Shown here: positions 27,073 through 40,188 of the stretch, one piece after another
How positions within the stretch are numbered: position 1 is the first letter of the stretch
How the letters are laid out: every line of letters begins with the position of its first letter
Assembly: GCA_013239625.1 (NCBI GenBank)
Contig: MU053369.1
Coordinates: forward strand, 159,479-223,478
From: Lama guanicoe
Taxonomy: Eukaryota
Direction of reading: 5' to 3'
DNA: 64,000 nucleotides
Translations under genes and position numbers: made by a program
Notes under the pieces: model-generated
Database searches by the model: none
Told to the model about the DNA's origin: nothing
What the model saw: only the letters and a program-made list of their open reading frames with translations

Positions 27073-28911
27073 TCGATGCAAAATTACTAAACAAAGTATT
27101 TGCAGACTAAACCTAGCCATGTATGACACAGTTGAGTTTATCTCAGGATTTAAATGTGGTTTAGATTTCCAGGATCTCTTTATCAATTTATCATAAGTAA
27201 AGAGCCTGTGGACCACTTCTCAGAAACATGTTTTAAAATCATAAGATATAGAGAATAAAGAAGGAAGATAATTATACTGAAAAGCAGATATCAAAATACA
27301 GAAATGGGCATTTGTGATACAGTAATATCTGAATTTTTGGAAGAACGTGTTGATTAAGAGGATCCAGTGATGGGTCTTCTAACCGCAACATTCTGCCATA
27401 GCAGTGAGTGTAAATCATCTTCTGAGATCTGCAACAATTGCATTTGGAAAGTAAATAAAGTTAAATAACAAATAAGCAATGAAGTGTGGATTCAGATTCA
27501 GGGGTATCTCGAGTCCATATCCCCACCACTTCCCAGAGCTCCCTGCTCTTCCCCTAATGTTACTGAAAGAGGTGGGGAAAGTTTGTGAAGCGAAGGGCAT
27601 GTTCCATTGCAAAGAAATCTCGCAGCAAACCTGGGAGCATGGTCAGTAAAAGATTAATGCTGAGATCAGAGGCAGTGGGAAAACTAGCAGGGGCAGCTCT
27701 TTACAAGTCACATCATGTACTCTGTGTGTGTCCATGTGCGTGTGCATACAGACGTGTGGGCATGTATGATGTATACACCTGCCTTTCGTGTGAAGCCGCC
27801 TCACTGTCCAAATTTGAAATCCATCCACACGTGCAGTGCAGTCAGCCGAAGCTCAGCCAGACATTAAGTTGTCTGTTGTTGCTCTGTCTCTTCTGCTGAA
27901 CTCCACGAGTAAGCCACGCGCCAGCTGTTGCTTTCAGGGACAACAGCTCTGTAGGCTGAAGGTCCATGCCTTGTTTCACTGCCAAGTCCAATTTCATTTC
28001 AGGACAAATTGCCATTTGAAAAAGGGGAAGAATTCAGTTGGCCAAAAAGCCTCTGAGTGAGGAAAAAATAACCTTTTAAGACAGCATCCAGGAGGGGGCA
28101 GAGCACTGGGCTGCGAGTCGAGGCTGTGTTTCTTTCAAGCTCTGCACTGACTTTGAGGCGGCATGTCACCTCTTTGGCCCTTGATTTCTTCAGCTTAAAT
28201 TAGGGTCTTGGACCTGTTTGATCCAACGTTAGAGTATCACTTTTCTGCTTGGTGACCCTCCATGGATCCGCAATTCCTTCAGAGGGAAAAATGCCCACAT
28301 CCTCACTGCGGTCTCTTAGGCTCCACCTCCAAAACCACCACTTATTTCCTATTCACTGTGGCCCACACCAGTCTCCATGCTGTCTTTCCAGCGTGAGGGA
28401 CCTCTAGGCCTGTGATTACTGTTCCCTCTGAACCTCCTCTGCCCACTCCTTTGCCTCCGTCTATGCCTTATTCAAAGGTCACTGCCCCAGCCCCACTCCT
28501 CCCTACACACATTCCTCGCCCTCCTTTATTTTCCCCACAGCACTTATCACCAGCTCACAGACCCTGTCTTTCTTTCTTTTACCTATTTTCTCTGACGATT
28601 TTCAAACTAGAAAGGCCATGGTGGATAATAGCAGAGAAATGGGGGGAGAAAGGTAAATGAGGGAAGGTATCTTCTAAAAGCTAAAATGCCCACCTGAGAA
28701 GGAGGAAGGAGATAAAGTAGTAGTCGTTACAATTTTGGTAAACCCAAGGTATGTAGTCAGGACTAGTTTTCACAATATTTGAGAGTAGGGAGGCAGCAAA
28801 CTGAAAACAATAAATTCTTGGGAAGATGATGTGTTCAGCTTGAAAGGTCAGTAATATTTTAATGACCTTGGTCTAATAATATCCTGCCTTATAATTTGAT
28901 CTGTTTGGCAG

Positions 28912-28926
28912 CTGGGTCATGTCATG
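28912..28926 (+). pseudogene. ANO6: Start of ANO6 pseudo-exon (~exon 16); remainder lies in N gap 28,927-29,515
   Basis: tttggcag|CTGGGTCATG (W-V-M); the same acceptor context as the complete mirror exon at 57,878-58,001. Confidence 0.8.
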
Positions 28927-29515
28927 NNNNNNNNNNNNNNNNNNNNNNNNNNNNNNNNNNNNNNNNNNNNNNNNNNNNNNNNNNNNNNNNNNNNNNNNNN
29001 NNNNNNNNNNNNNNNNNNNNNNNNNNNNNNNNNNNNNNNNNNNNNNNNNNNNNNNNNNNNNNNNNNNNNNNNNNNNNNNNNNNNNNNNNNNNNNNNNNNN
29101 NNNNNNNNNNNNNNNNNNNNNNNNNNNNNNNNNNNNNNNNNNNNNNNNNNNNNNNNNNNNNNNNNNNNNNNNNNNNNNNNNNNNNNNNNNNNNNNNNNNN
29201 NNNNNNNNNNNNNNNNNNNNNNNNNNNNNNNNNNNNNNNNNNNNNNNNNNNNNNNNNNNNNNNNNNNNNNNNNNNNNNNNNNNNNNNNNNNNNNNNNNNN
29301 NNNNNNNNNNNNNNNNNNNNNNNNNNNNNNNNNNNNNNNNNNNNNNNNNNNNNNNNNNNNNNNNNNNNNNNNNNNNNNNNNNNNNNNNNNNNNNNNNNNN
29401 NNNNNNNNNNNNNNNNNNNNNNNNNNNNNNNNNNNNNNNNNNNNNNNNNNNNNNNNNNNNNNNNNNNNNNNNNNNNNNNNNNNNNNNNNNNNNNNNNNNN
29501 NNNNNNNNNNNNNNN
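28927..29515. other. Assembly gap, the largest of eight (others: 3,875-4,057; 13,242-13,338; 14,963-15,031; 16,460-16,507; 19,746-19,937; 21,574-21,658; 44,110-44,138)
   Basis: Runs of N. Confidence 0.99.
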
Positions 29516-32500
29516 TGGCTTCTGTTTCTCTTTGGTTGAACTTGGTTTTGAGATCTCAGTTGCCTTTAAATGGTTGCATCTCAAAATAGATTTCCATAGG
29601 AAACGTTATCTTTTCTATTATGCATGGCACACTTTTATCTACTAGAAAGCTGATGATGTGCATGTTTTGTTTCTGAGCCCTTTCAGCTCACCACTGCCTT
29701 GAATTAGATTTTGTTTCTTTTTTTTAAGCTTAGGAGACAGGAAAGGATTTTGGTCAATAGGCTTTGAATTTATGCATGCGGGTTCATGTCTGCAAAGGCA
29801 CCCCTTTGTGGTTCCTGTTTATAAGTCTACAGATAGAGGGAGTTTTTTTTATTCTCCTAAATTACATTCTATATAAAAAATAATTGCTTTTAAAAATATA
29901 CATTTTACATGGAAACACATCTGGTTTCCTTGGTGAGTGAAAGGTCATCTTATGGCATCTTCAGTCAGCTATGCTTTGTGGCCTGGTGTCTGATTTGAGT
30001 TTCATCTATGCTTTTGTTGTGTTTCATAACCAGGTTCCATTAAGGGTTCAGCTGCAGTCTCTGGTGTAGAAGTTATGTTCGTTTATTCTGCTTATTTTCA
30101 AAAGAACTATAAACCAATGACCTGTTATTCCAAAATGAGTCATAATGGTAAATATGTCATATTGGGGCTATTATCAGCATTAATAATAACAACAACATTC
30201 TGGGGGCAGCATGTAATTTGGTATTTTAACACACACGAAAAAAGCCTTGGAAAAAAGTTATTGTTCTAGTTAAGTCAAATAAAGATCATTGAAAGGAAAA
30301 GTTGTACGCTTTTGGGAGAAACTGATAGGAATTTTAGAACTTTATAGTCTCATTAAAATACCTATTAAATAATTCAGCCTCCCCCTACCCTGCAAAACGG
30401 GATGGAGTAACAGCTATTCTAGAGAGATTTTTCAGATTTATTCGTTTTCCTATTATCTAAATAATCCCTAATGAATTAGAAAATTCAGTCCATTTCTGAG
30501 AGTAGGCAGTCTGTTATTCTGTATTCAACGCTGGAGTGAAACTTATTTTGTGTTCTTTTCATTCATGGGAGATAGAATTTCCAAGTGCTTTTTGAATTAT
30601 TTTTGTTCCTCTAAAATAAATTGCCTTTGGTGGTGATCTCCTGACCTCAGTTTCCTCCTCCCAGTTTTCCCCATGATCATTAATGACACCCCACCTGCCT
30701 TTTTAGTTATGCCTCTTAGCTGCTGAAGGGGAACAGCTTCTGACAGATGACCCTGGAGCCCTCCACCAGTGCTTCGTTAGGCCTCGTGCCCAGCCACCAA
30801 CACTAGTCTCCTTCGCCAGAAGTACCTTTCTCTGCTTTTCTGCCTGGGAGGACTCTTGCCAAGCCTTGGCAGGGACCCCTCCACTTTTTAGAGATTTTCT
30901 GCTCTCCTTTCTAGACATGAATTGCACTTGATTCTTGTCTTGATGGTGCATGATCGTGTCCGTGTCCATTGTGCTCCGTGGCTGGACTGATTCTGTCGGA
31001 GGCAGTAGTCAGGCTTTTCATCTTCCCGTTCATGTATGGAGCACCACAGCCTGGACCCTGGTTCTCAAAGTGACTTGAGAGTTTCAGCACACTCACATAA
31101 AACTGTTAGATGAGTTGGCGGTAACATTGCCCCCAAGGCCCCCACAAGGTTCTATATGGCATATGTTTTTTTCTGAGTGAAATTTCTCTTTTATTTGTTT
31201 TAGTCAATTCCCCACTGTCATTTCAGAATATTAGAGTAACCCTGAGTTGTTAAACACAATAGATCTCCCCTCACCAGCAAAAGATCCTGCTGTCTGAGAA
31301 CTCAGACATGGGACATAAGAGAAATAATCTATCAGTCTTAAAACCTGGAAGCCATAAGATACCGTTTTGTACTTAGAGCACCCACAGCACAAACACCAGT
31401 CTCTCAAGAATTTGGCTCTGTCTTCCCAGAGGGTGAGTGCCATAAGTGAAATGCAGTGAGTGATGAAGTGAGAGCTCTTTGTCTCTGGTACTGCCTTTTC
31501 CACCCCTGCTGTGTTAACTTGATCTTCCCTTCATATATTATGTTCTCCATTTAATTTGCTGCAGTTAATATCAGTTGTTATTCAACATCTCCTTACACCC
31601 GCCCCTTCCATTCCCTCTCTCTCCAGTGGTCTCCCACCCACGACTCTCCTGCGCTCTCCAGGACCAGGCCTGTCTCCCCCACGCCCTCACCTCTGTTCTG
31701 TCTGCCCACCATTTGCACTGACATTACCTTAACTCCACAGAATGAACTTTCCAAAATGGCAGCTGAGTAACTGGGGTGGATTGTAGACCTCTCATATGTT
31801 TACTGATTTATTCATTTATCCATCCAACAAACACTGAGCACCTGCTATGCCAAACACTGTATCAACTGCTGGGGAGACCAAGACAGGTAAGACTTGGTGT
31901 CTGCACTCCCCAGGCCAGGCGAGGCTTGGAGAGTAGTTGATGGATTGCTAAGCAGGTGAACACACATTGGACTCCCTAGAGCTGGAAATATTTGAACTGA
32001 ATCTTGAAAGGTGAAAGGAAGTTAGCTCTCTAATGAGTGGTATAGGGAGTGGACACTTCATGCAGAGAGATAGAGACATATAAGAGTACACTTCATGAAG
32101 CGACTTGGCCAGACTGAAGAACAACAAGTAGGGCTAGAACAAAGGATCCATAGGTGGGAATATCAGGTGCACAAGGCCTCTGTCACAATGGGCTTTGTGT
32201 GCTTAGACATGAATGTATCCTTAAGGAAACAGGGATATATTGGAATATTTGTAGGTAAGAGAATTGCATAGTGTTTATGTTGAAGAATATCTAGTTATTC
32301 TGGCAGCAGAATGGAAGATACTATTTTTGGGGGGAGGTCCATATTTTGGGGGGAAAGGATATTTCGGGGACCACCCCAGGTAACCCAGAAAACAAATGGC
32401 ACACGCCTGCAGAGAGGCCTTGGGCAGAGGGGTAGAGACATGGGCGGCAGAAGTGGTGACTGCTGCAGAGGGGACTGCAGGGCCGGGGCGGCGGGACACA

Positions 32501-33539
32501 GACATGCTGAGGTGACTTTCCAGTGACCCATCCGGAAAGCGGATCTGCAGGGGGAGTGTAAGGGGAGGAGCTGGATTCGAGGAGATGGTTCTGTGTGTGG
32601 CATTTTGATTGCGAAGTGTCTATGGGATATCTGAGGGGTGATGTCTGTTATTAAGCTGGATTCACCAGTCAGGAGCTCAGAGGAGCTGTGGGTGAGGCCA
32701 TGTGGGTGATTCAGTCCTGCCAGGAGGAGGATTGAAGACGAGGCCATGGGGAAAAGGGCCATGTACATGGCAAATGGGAGAAGAGAAATCCACCAAGAGA
32801 AAGAATAGCAGAACAGTTGGGAGAAACTAGTTCAGGCAACACAGAGAAGGCTGTGAGAAAGGGGGGTGTGTGGGGCAAAAAAGCAAGGGCTAAAGCACAC
32901 CTTTAATTACCGAGACTGGGGAAAAGGAGGAGGAGGATTAAGGTAGAGTTTAAAAAACAGATCTGTGTGTATCTGTGTGTGTGCATATGTGCACACACAA
33001 TTTTCTGCCCGGGCTTTTTAAATTTATTTAAGTAAAACAAAAATCAAGAGGGAGGAACATTCCACAGAGAGGAAAATATTTGTCCACGGCAAAAGCTACC
33101 TGGTAATCAAATAAACAGGAGCTGAAAATGCCCGCTGGTTTGAAACACGCAGCCACCGGCAGTGCAGCTCCTGTCTCAGCGCCGCGGTGAGGGCCGTGGG
33201 GGATGCAGGGCTCTGAGCCCTGGAGGAGTCATCAGCGCAGGTACTTCTCCAAGAAAGTGGACTTTAAAGAGAACAAGAAAGTGTAGAAAGTATCAGAGAG
33301 CAACACAGGGCCGTGAGAGAGGGTTGGGCGAGGGTTAGTTTTCATTTACACTGGGCGTTTCTGGCCTTGCTGAGTTGCTGGCCTTTGCTGTTGTTGGTCT
33401 TTGCTCTGAAAGATTTTTAGAAAGTTCTTCTCCCTTGAAAATCTGAACAGATTAAATCATGTTGGGTTGTTTCTGGTGTTTTATTTTTTAATTAAAAAAT
33501 TATCTGGAATTTATTTTAATAACAAAAGTGAGAACATTG

Positions 33540-34090
33540 TACCAGATATTTCAATGATTTAGCTTATTACTCCAGTATGTGAATCCACAGATTTGAAGAG
33601 TCACTTTTACAATATTACTAAAATCTCATAAATTTCTGTGTCTATTCTTGAAATGCATTCTATTTCATTCATACTCTCAGTGCACTATTTCTAAAAGGAT
33701 TCCACGACCATAGAGTAATACCTCCAAGAGTTGGTCCTTTTTTATCCTTTTCCAGAGTGTCCCTACTGTTACAAATACAAATATCCCTCCTCATTATTTT
33801 ATTTGTATACTTGTGTATATTTCTGGAAGTACTATACTATCACCTATCAGATTTTTTCTTCAATCCATTTGGGATTATTAACTAAATTTGCATTCAGATT
33901 CTAAATTTATTTTGGAGAAAAAATTGGCTATGTCCCACAAACTTGAGTCTGCCCAATGAAGAGTATGGTGCATTCTACTGCGCAATCATCATTGTTTGTC
34001 CTTTTTTAAGTCATTTATCAGAATCATCTTAACATTATTCATTAATTTATTTCTCAATAGTCTGTGCCCTTGTTCTCATTATAAATGATA
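33540..34090 (-). mobile_element. Ancient L1 ORF2 fragment (mirror at about 52,660-53,250, plus strand)
   Basis: The mirror copy reads ccaaaataaatttaga..tgaatgcaa...aatcccaaatggatt...gatcctaaagttc, typical of L1 ORF2. Confidence 0.55.
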
Positions 34091-35485
34091 TCTTTTCTGG
34101 GTTTTGAACTGGGTTGATTGCTAATAACGTCTTAATTTCTGGCTTCTCTTGAATGAGAAGGAGATCTGACAGTGTGGGGCCCTCTTTCCAATATGGTGAC
34201 TGTGAGCAGTACGTTTCCTTAGGATGTCCACTTGCCAATTTGACAGTGGCTGCACCCACTCCACACATTTCTGCTACTTACCTGCCCCCTGTAGGCAGAT
34301 GTGTTCATGTAGGGTTAGGTGAGCTATGGATGCAGATACTGACATCACTGCTGCCACGCTGCTGAACCTGTGGCATCACTAACTCTGGTTTTTGCTCTCT
34401 GACCTCCCTGAATATGACAGCTCCTTTTGGGCTGTGGACCTGCTCCATCTTTCCAGCACTGTCGGCTTTTCTGCAACACACCCCTGCCTCTCAGGTCAGA
34501 GCAAATGTCAGCTCCTCCTACCCATCCACCCCATCCACGGTCTTGCCGTTCCTGCCCAGAGTGGTCCCTACCCCTTGACTGAACAGTAACGCTAAAGGGA
34601 CTATAAATTTGCCTCTCATCCACTGTCTTAGTTACATACCTGTGCTAGTTTACTTTAAAGGTCTGCCAGTTAGGAGGGGAGGGTCTAAAAGTCTTTTAGA
34701 TCTCTGGCCTTATCATTTCTAACCACTCCCCCACCCCATGGAACAGCTTACCACAGATCTCTGCTGCCCCGTCTGTAGCAACGCCCTGTAAATTGCAGAC
34801 AGAGAGAAAAGGACTTCTAAGCCACCACCATAACTTTGACTTCCTGTTATGACACAGACCATAGAAATATCAAGATAAAAATTCCTGAAGAAGGATATTT
34901 TGCTTAGGAAGACACTTTAATTGCATACCTTTCTGTGACTTGTCATAACTTCATAGACTCTCTGAATGTGCTGCACTCACCTTCCCAGACTCAAGGGAGC
35001 TTGCTCACTTGCCTGTTTTCAGTGCATTTCCTCCAACATTCTCTATGCAGAGCTTTCCCAAAGGTACATTCCTTATTCCTTTTTAAATTCTTATATACAA
35101 TCACAATATTCTTTTTCTTAATCCTCAATGACAAATCATCTTCCAAGATTGTACTATTTCAACACTGAGAGTGAATAGTATGCTTCAAGATTCCCAGGTT
35201 TATTACCAGCAAATAACTATGGTTGGTTAAAGATTTTTAAGTATGTTATTCCTACTAAGGGTATATACGTGAAAGAAACAGGATGTAATGAGACTTCTAA
35301 CCAGAGATTTTATATTTGCCTTTTGTTTGGATTCTTTCACTGTTGAACATTATTATTACCATGAATAAATTTTCTCTTTGGGATTTAGTTCACCATTTGC
35401 CCCTCTCTCTTTACAGGAATAAAAGAATTGATGTTGTCCTTCCATCCATCCACATCTCCATGTTGTGTGTCCGTTCCTTCAACAG

Positions 35486-35692
35486 GTATTCAGTTTGGGT
35501 CCACCACCTTGTTTGTGGCCTCTTTCCAGTGGCCCCTCTGTTGGCTCTGGAGAACAATATATTGGAAATCAGAGTGGGTACGTGGAAACTTGACTACCCG
35601 GTATAGACGCATGGTGCCAGATAAAGCCCAGAACATTGCAGCGTGGCAGCCCACCATGCAAGGAACAGCAATTCTGGCTGTGGTGGACCAGT
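35486..35692 (+). pseudogene. ANO6: ANO6 pseudo-exon (~exon 17)
   Basis: caacag|GT ATT CAG TTT GGG... gives IQFGSTTLFVASF(-1)VAPLLALENNILEIRVGTWKL(+1)TTRYRRMVPDKAQNIAAWQPTMQGTAILAVV(+1)TS, then |gtgagt. It is split between two ORF-track frames (35316.. and 35428..). Confidence 0.96.
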
Positions 35693-38399
35693 GTGAGTAA
35701 AATGGCTTCATGGGCTGAAGACTTTGAAGAGTCTACAAATGCATTGGCATTGCTTCCTAAGGAATCCAGTGTTGGGTATTATTTAATATGAGAGGGAGAT
35801 GCTAACACTATCATAGTTATAAACAACATAGTTGTTGTAACTGTAATTGTTATTATTTTTAATATATTTTTCTTTATAATTATTATTTGTGACTTACAAG
35901 AGCTCTTACAGCGGCAGTTGTTAAGAAGCGTGGCCATTATACTGTTGCTGAAGTGTTAATTCAGTAGAAGTATGGTAATAGTATTAATAAGTGCTCACTC
36001 TTTTTATATTCACATGACTATAAAGGTCACACAGCAGTGCTTGTATAATGGAGATAGACATCTATCTATCCAAGAGTTTGTAGTACCTAAAATAAGAGCA
36101 GTCATTCCACCGTATTTGACCATAGATTCCAGACTATCAGTTTAAAGTAGAAACTACCTGATGAGGCCATAGAAACCCTTTGTGCATCCCCAATCATTCA
36201 TTACCTTCCTGGTCCCCTGGGGCAGAGGTTCTTCCAGAAGGAGGTCCTATTTCTCCTCCCCACCCAACTCTTGGCCTTTGCTACTCACTGTTGGTCATTA
36301 GCTAAGCATCTTCATATCCTGCATGTGTCTGAGCTGTGAGGGAACAGAGCTCAGCTGTTTACAAACTGTATTGACTATGACCATTCTGAACAGCCTCTCT
36401 TCTTCCCTGCCCACACCCCCACAGGGCAACAGGGGACTCAGAACCACAGCGATTCCCATGCCAGCCCATCAGGGAGACTTCTTCCCTAGAAATATTCTTA
36501 CAACCAGGGCTGTTTCCTCCCTTAATTCACTGCCAGTTTTACTCCCCGTTTACAGTCCCCAACAAAAGGCTATCCCAGTTTGAATTTCTTAATCAAGTCA
36601 CATTGACCCCGAGTACCTGGCATTTACCTATGAGCACTCATAGAAACAGAACAGGGCCTGGCAGTGGCTGTGAGCCAGGTTCCTGGGTGAGGGGACTTGC
36701 TGGGCCCTTCAGGTTCTGTAGCATGGCCCGAGCTCAGCTCCCAGCATGGCGTCTTCCCATCTGCATGATTTTGGGCCAGGCTTCAACAGTTCAGAGCTTC
36801 ATTTTATCACTTGCAGACAGAATAATTCCCTGCTTCATATTTTAAGACTGTTATGGACCACAAAGGGTGCTTAGGGAATTCAGTGAGTCAGTGCATGGGA
36901 TTCACACAACCTGATCCTCAGGGAATGTTATTTAACATCATTATGCACCATCGATAAAATTGGCAGCACAGACTTGGCCAGGTATCAAAGGTACAGGCAC
37001 AAGAATTTCACAATGTATCACTGTCTGGATCATAGTCACAATTTTACACAGTAAAACAAGCTACCTGGGACCACCCAGCTGTCAGCCCACCTGACTCCCC
37101 ACCCCAAGATCCCTCAATTTATCTGATTTGCTTGCTACCCCTACTTGTTGGAGAAAGTTGGCAAATCACACACAGTCACTGACTGCTAGGTTACTTCCAT
37201 TCCCATTCACTCAAATTGCCCCATTTTCAGTATCCACTCTGCTGCAAAACATAGACTAATGTTTAGAATATGACAACACGTCCTTTCCCGTTCCACAGTC
37301 AGAGAAGCATGAATCTGTCATGTTTAATATGCCATATGACACTAAGCAAGGCAGGAAAACAGGCTCCTGTGCTTTAAGAAATTTTTAGCAATGACGTTTG
37401 AAACTTAAAGTGTTTTTGTTTGACCTTCAGCTAACCAGAAACTTCAAATAACTCCTATTCCCCATTACTCAGGTGTCCCGGTTTGAATGTATTAGGCACT
37501 TTTTCCTCATCTCCCCAGCATGACTTTGCTCCATCAGCACAGATGGAGTGTCTCCAAGGCTGCTCCGTGTGCACGGGCGTCTGTGTGCACTCATGTGCAC
37601 CCACTGATTGGTGCCACTGATTCATGTCCAGGGGTTGTTCTGTCTTATAACTCAAGCATTGCTTTATTATATCCTAGAAAACTGCTTTTAGGTCATTGAT
37701 TGAACTATAGACCATCCTCTAGCCCACATTACGAAGTGACATCTTCCAAGACACAGGTCCTCTGTGCTTGTATTTATGTATATGTAAGAATTAAATACGC
37801 ATGTCATCCCCTCACATATTTAATTTGTGCCTTCCCAATTGAATGTGCACAGTAAATGCTAACTTCCCATAACACGAGAACTTTTAGGAAGTAAGAGGAA
37901 GGAATTAGCCACCAGGGAGAAGACAGGACATCAAGCAGGAGTTTGGTATAAAGTCATTTATTCTAAAGCTGCTCTGGCTCAATAAATAAGTGGAATTGAC
38001 CTTGTTGTATCATGCCAGAGCATCTGCTATTGAAGACCGATTTTAATTTATTTTGATATAAGTGGAAAATTGTGTCGGAACAGCATGGGAAATGAAGCAC
38101 ACTGCATCTATCTGTACTCCTGAAGTGTGGCTCAGAGCTGCTCAGTTTTGAGGAAAAGTATCTTGTCTGGAGACAATAGAATTATTTTCATTGTTGGAAT
38201 TTTTGTAGCTTCCAGAAGCACATCTGCAGGTGATTCTGTAAAAGTCTAGAGTTGACTTAAATAGCAGGAAATTTTAGCCTATTGAAATCAGGAGAAGTGA
38301 AATATTTTTGCCTACAACCACCACCACCACCAGCACCACCAGGCAAGCACGTGTACACCCAGAGAGATTTCACATCAGAGGGAATGACAAAGCTGGTTC

Positions 38400-38922
38400 T
38401 GTTACTGAGGCCAAACTTGTTCTGCTCACTGCACAACAGTGATAAATAAATCAATCAGGAGACAAGGTTTTGGGGCAAGGAATCGTAACTTTATTCAGAA
38501 AACTGGCAGACCAAGAAGATGAGGGACTAATGTCCTGGAGAATCATCTTTACCAACCCAGAATTAAGGCTCCTTTTAAACTAAAAAGGGGAGGGGGTGTG
38601 GTTGGTTGTGCAAATTCTTGCTGCAGGCCTTCTTTGTTCTTGCAGCCGTCCATGTGGGTCAGCCTATGGTGTCCCTCTAAGCCTCCAACAAAACAAAGGT
38701 TATTCTCTATTTTGCAACTTGCCATCTCTGCGTAAGTGCAGAAGTGCTAACATCCTTAAAGGTCAGAGCCCTGAGAATAGGCTTTCCTGTAGGTTTTAGG
38801 CTAAAGGCAACGTTGTTCTACAAAAGGTGCAGAGCCAGCAAGATTAAGCCTGGAAGACAGGGCACAGTGCTTCAAACTGAAGGAATAGATCCAATATGGC
38901 ATCATATTTGTTCACGATTACA
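38400..38922 (-). mobile_element. Solo ERV1-type LTR (523 bp) in ANO6 intron 17, copy A
   Basis: TG...CA ends, a perfect 4-bp target-site duplication GTTC (38,396-38,399 and 38,923-38,926), and a polyA signal on the minus strand (tttatt). Confidence 0.88.
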
Positions 38923-40188
38923 GTTCTAGTTAGGGGAAATTTTGCAGCAGAAAATCCCCTCAGTTGTTTTTCTTGCTTTGCCTGACATCTTGTTTGTTGG
39001 CTTGTGGTCTCATGGTGTCTAAATCGTATGTTCAGATGAATACTATTAAAATCATATGGTGCAGAAAACATATCTGTTCTGCTTCAAAAATGACTGAAAC
39101 ATTTAGCTTTGTTTATTCCCAGAGAATTTGGATTTAATCTATTCTCGACTTTTTTCTTCCTTCAAACCAGTTTTTTACTGGAGGGTTTAAAGCCCAAACT
39201 AAAGAATTTTGGAGAAGACTCATGTAATTCATAAGAGCTTTACATCCGAATTTAAGACTGACCCATATTTATACTTTTAATCAAGGAACACAATAAACTT
39301 TGTTAGTCGGTCAGTTATTACGTGTTTAACTTTGTCCATGTAATCTTTTGGAAGTTGAGAGGCTTAGACACTTGATCTAACAAAATAGGTATCATTGCTT
39401 GACTCTGTGAATGAAAGAATCCCAGTATAGTTTCCTGCAATTATATTTTATTGAAAATAATAAAGAATTCTTGCTCTCTAATAAAGAAACAGACAGAAGC
39501 ACATACTGAGTGCTTAAAATAAATCAGACTATAGGTTAACTTATCTAAACAAGTCAAGATAGTATAGGGAAAAAAGTATGAACTTGTAGGAAAATGTATA
39601 TTGTGCAATTAATATCCTATTTTTAAGAAGCAAATGATAAATATCCCCAATAATTTATCATTTATCTACAAAGGAGTTACTTAAAGAAAACTTATTTTCA
39701 TAAGAGGTACATAAACAAATAGGCTATCTAAATCTACATTATTAAAGATTAAATTATACCATTAGATCTCCAAGGTTGATTGATTTTCATGATATGTATA
39801 ATTTTTGAAAATATAACTTACATATAACATATCCAAGCAGCTCTTCAGTTATCCACATTACCCTACTCTACAGTTATTCTTACTGTAGTTAAAACAAGTA
39901 ATAAGCAAGTTTCAGGTGCTTGCTTTTGAATTGCCACTGGAATTCTGGATATTCCCTTAGGTTAAAGACCAAAAAGTAAAAGACCAAAAGCAAAGTAACT
40001 ATTCTACTTTGAAGCAGTCACTCAAGACTTTAAGACATTCACTATCTATATCCAGTTATAGGAAAGACAAGTTTACTGAAGTTTAAAAAAAGAAATCAAC
40101 TGTGAAAATAATGTTCTTCTATGTTTGCTTACCATAACTATAAAGGCTCTAAATTAATGCTCCCTTTACTGTTTCCCTACCAACATAG

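Noticed and set aside
34281..34296. CTCF-like motif (tgcctacagggggcag on the minus strand; mirror near 52,465; others near 4,563 and 10,833)
   Set aside because: These are partial matches expected by chance in 64 kb, and nothing in the sequence shows function.
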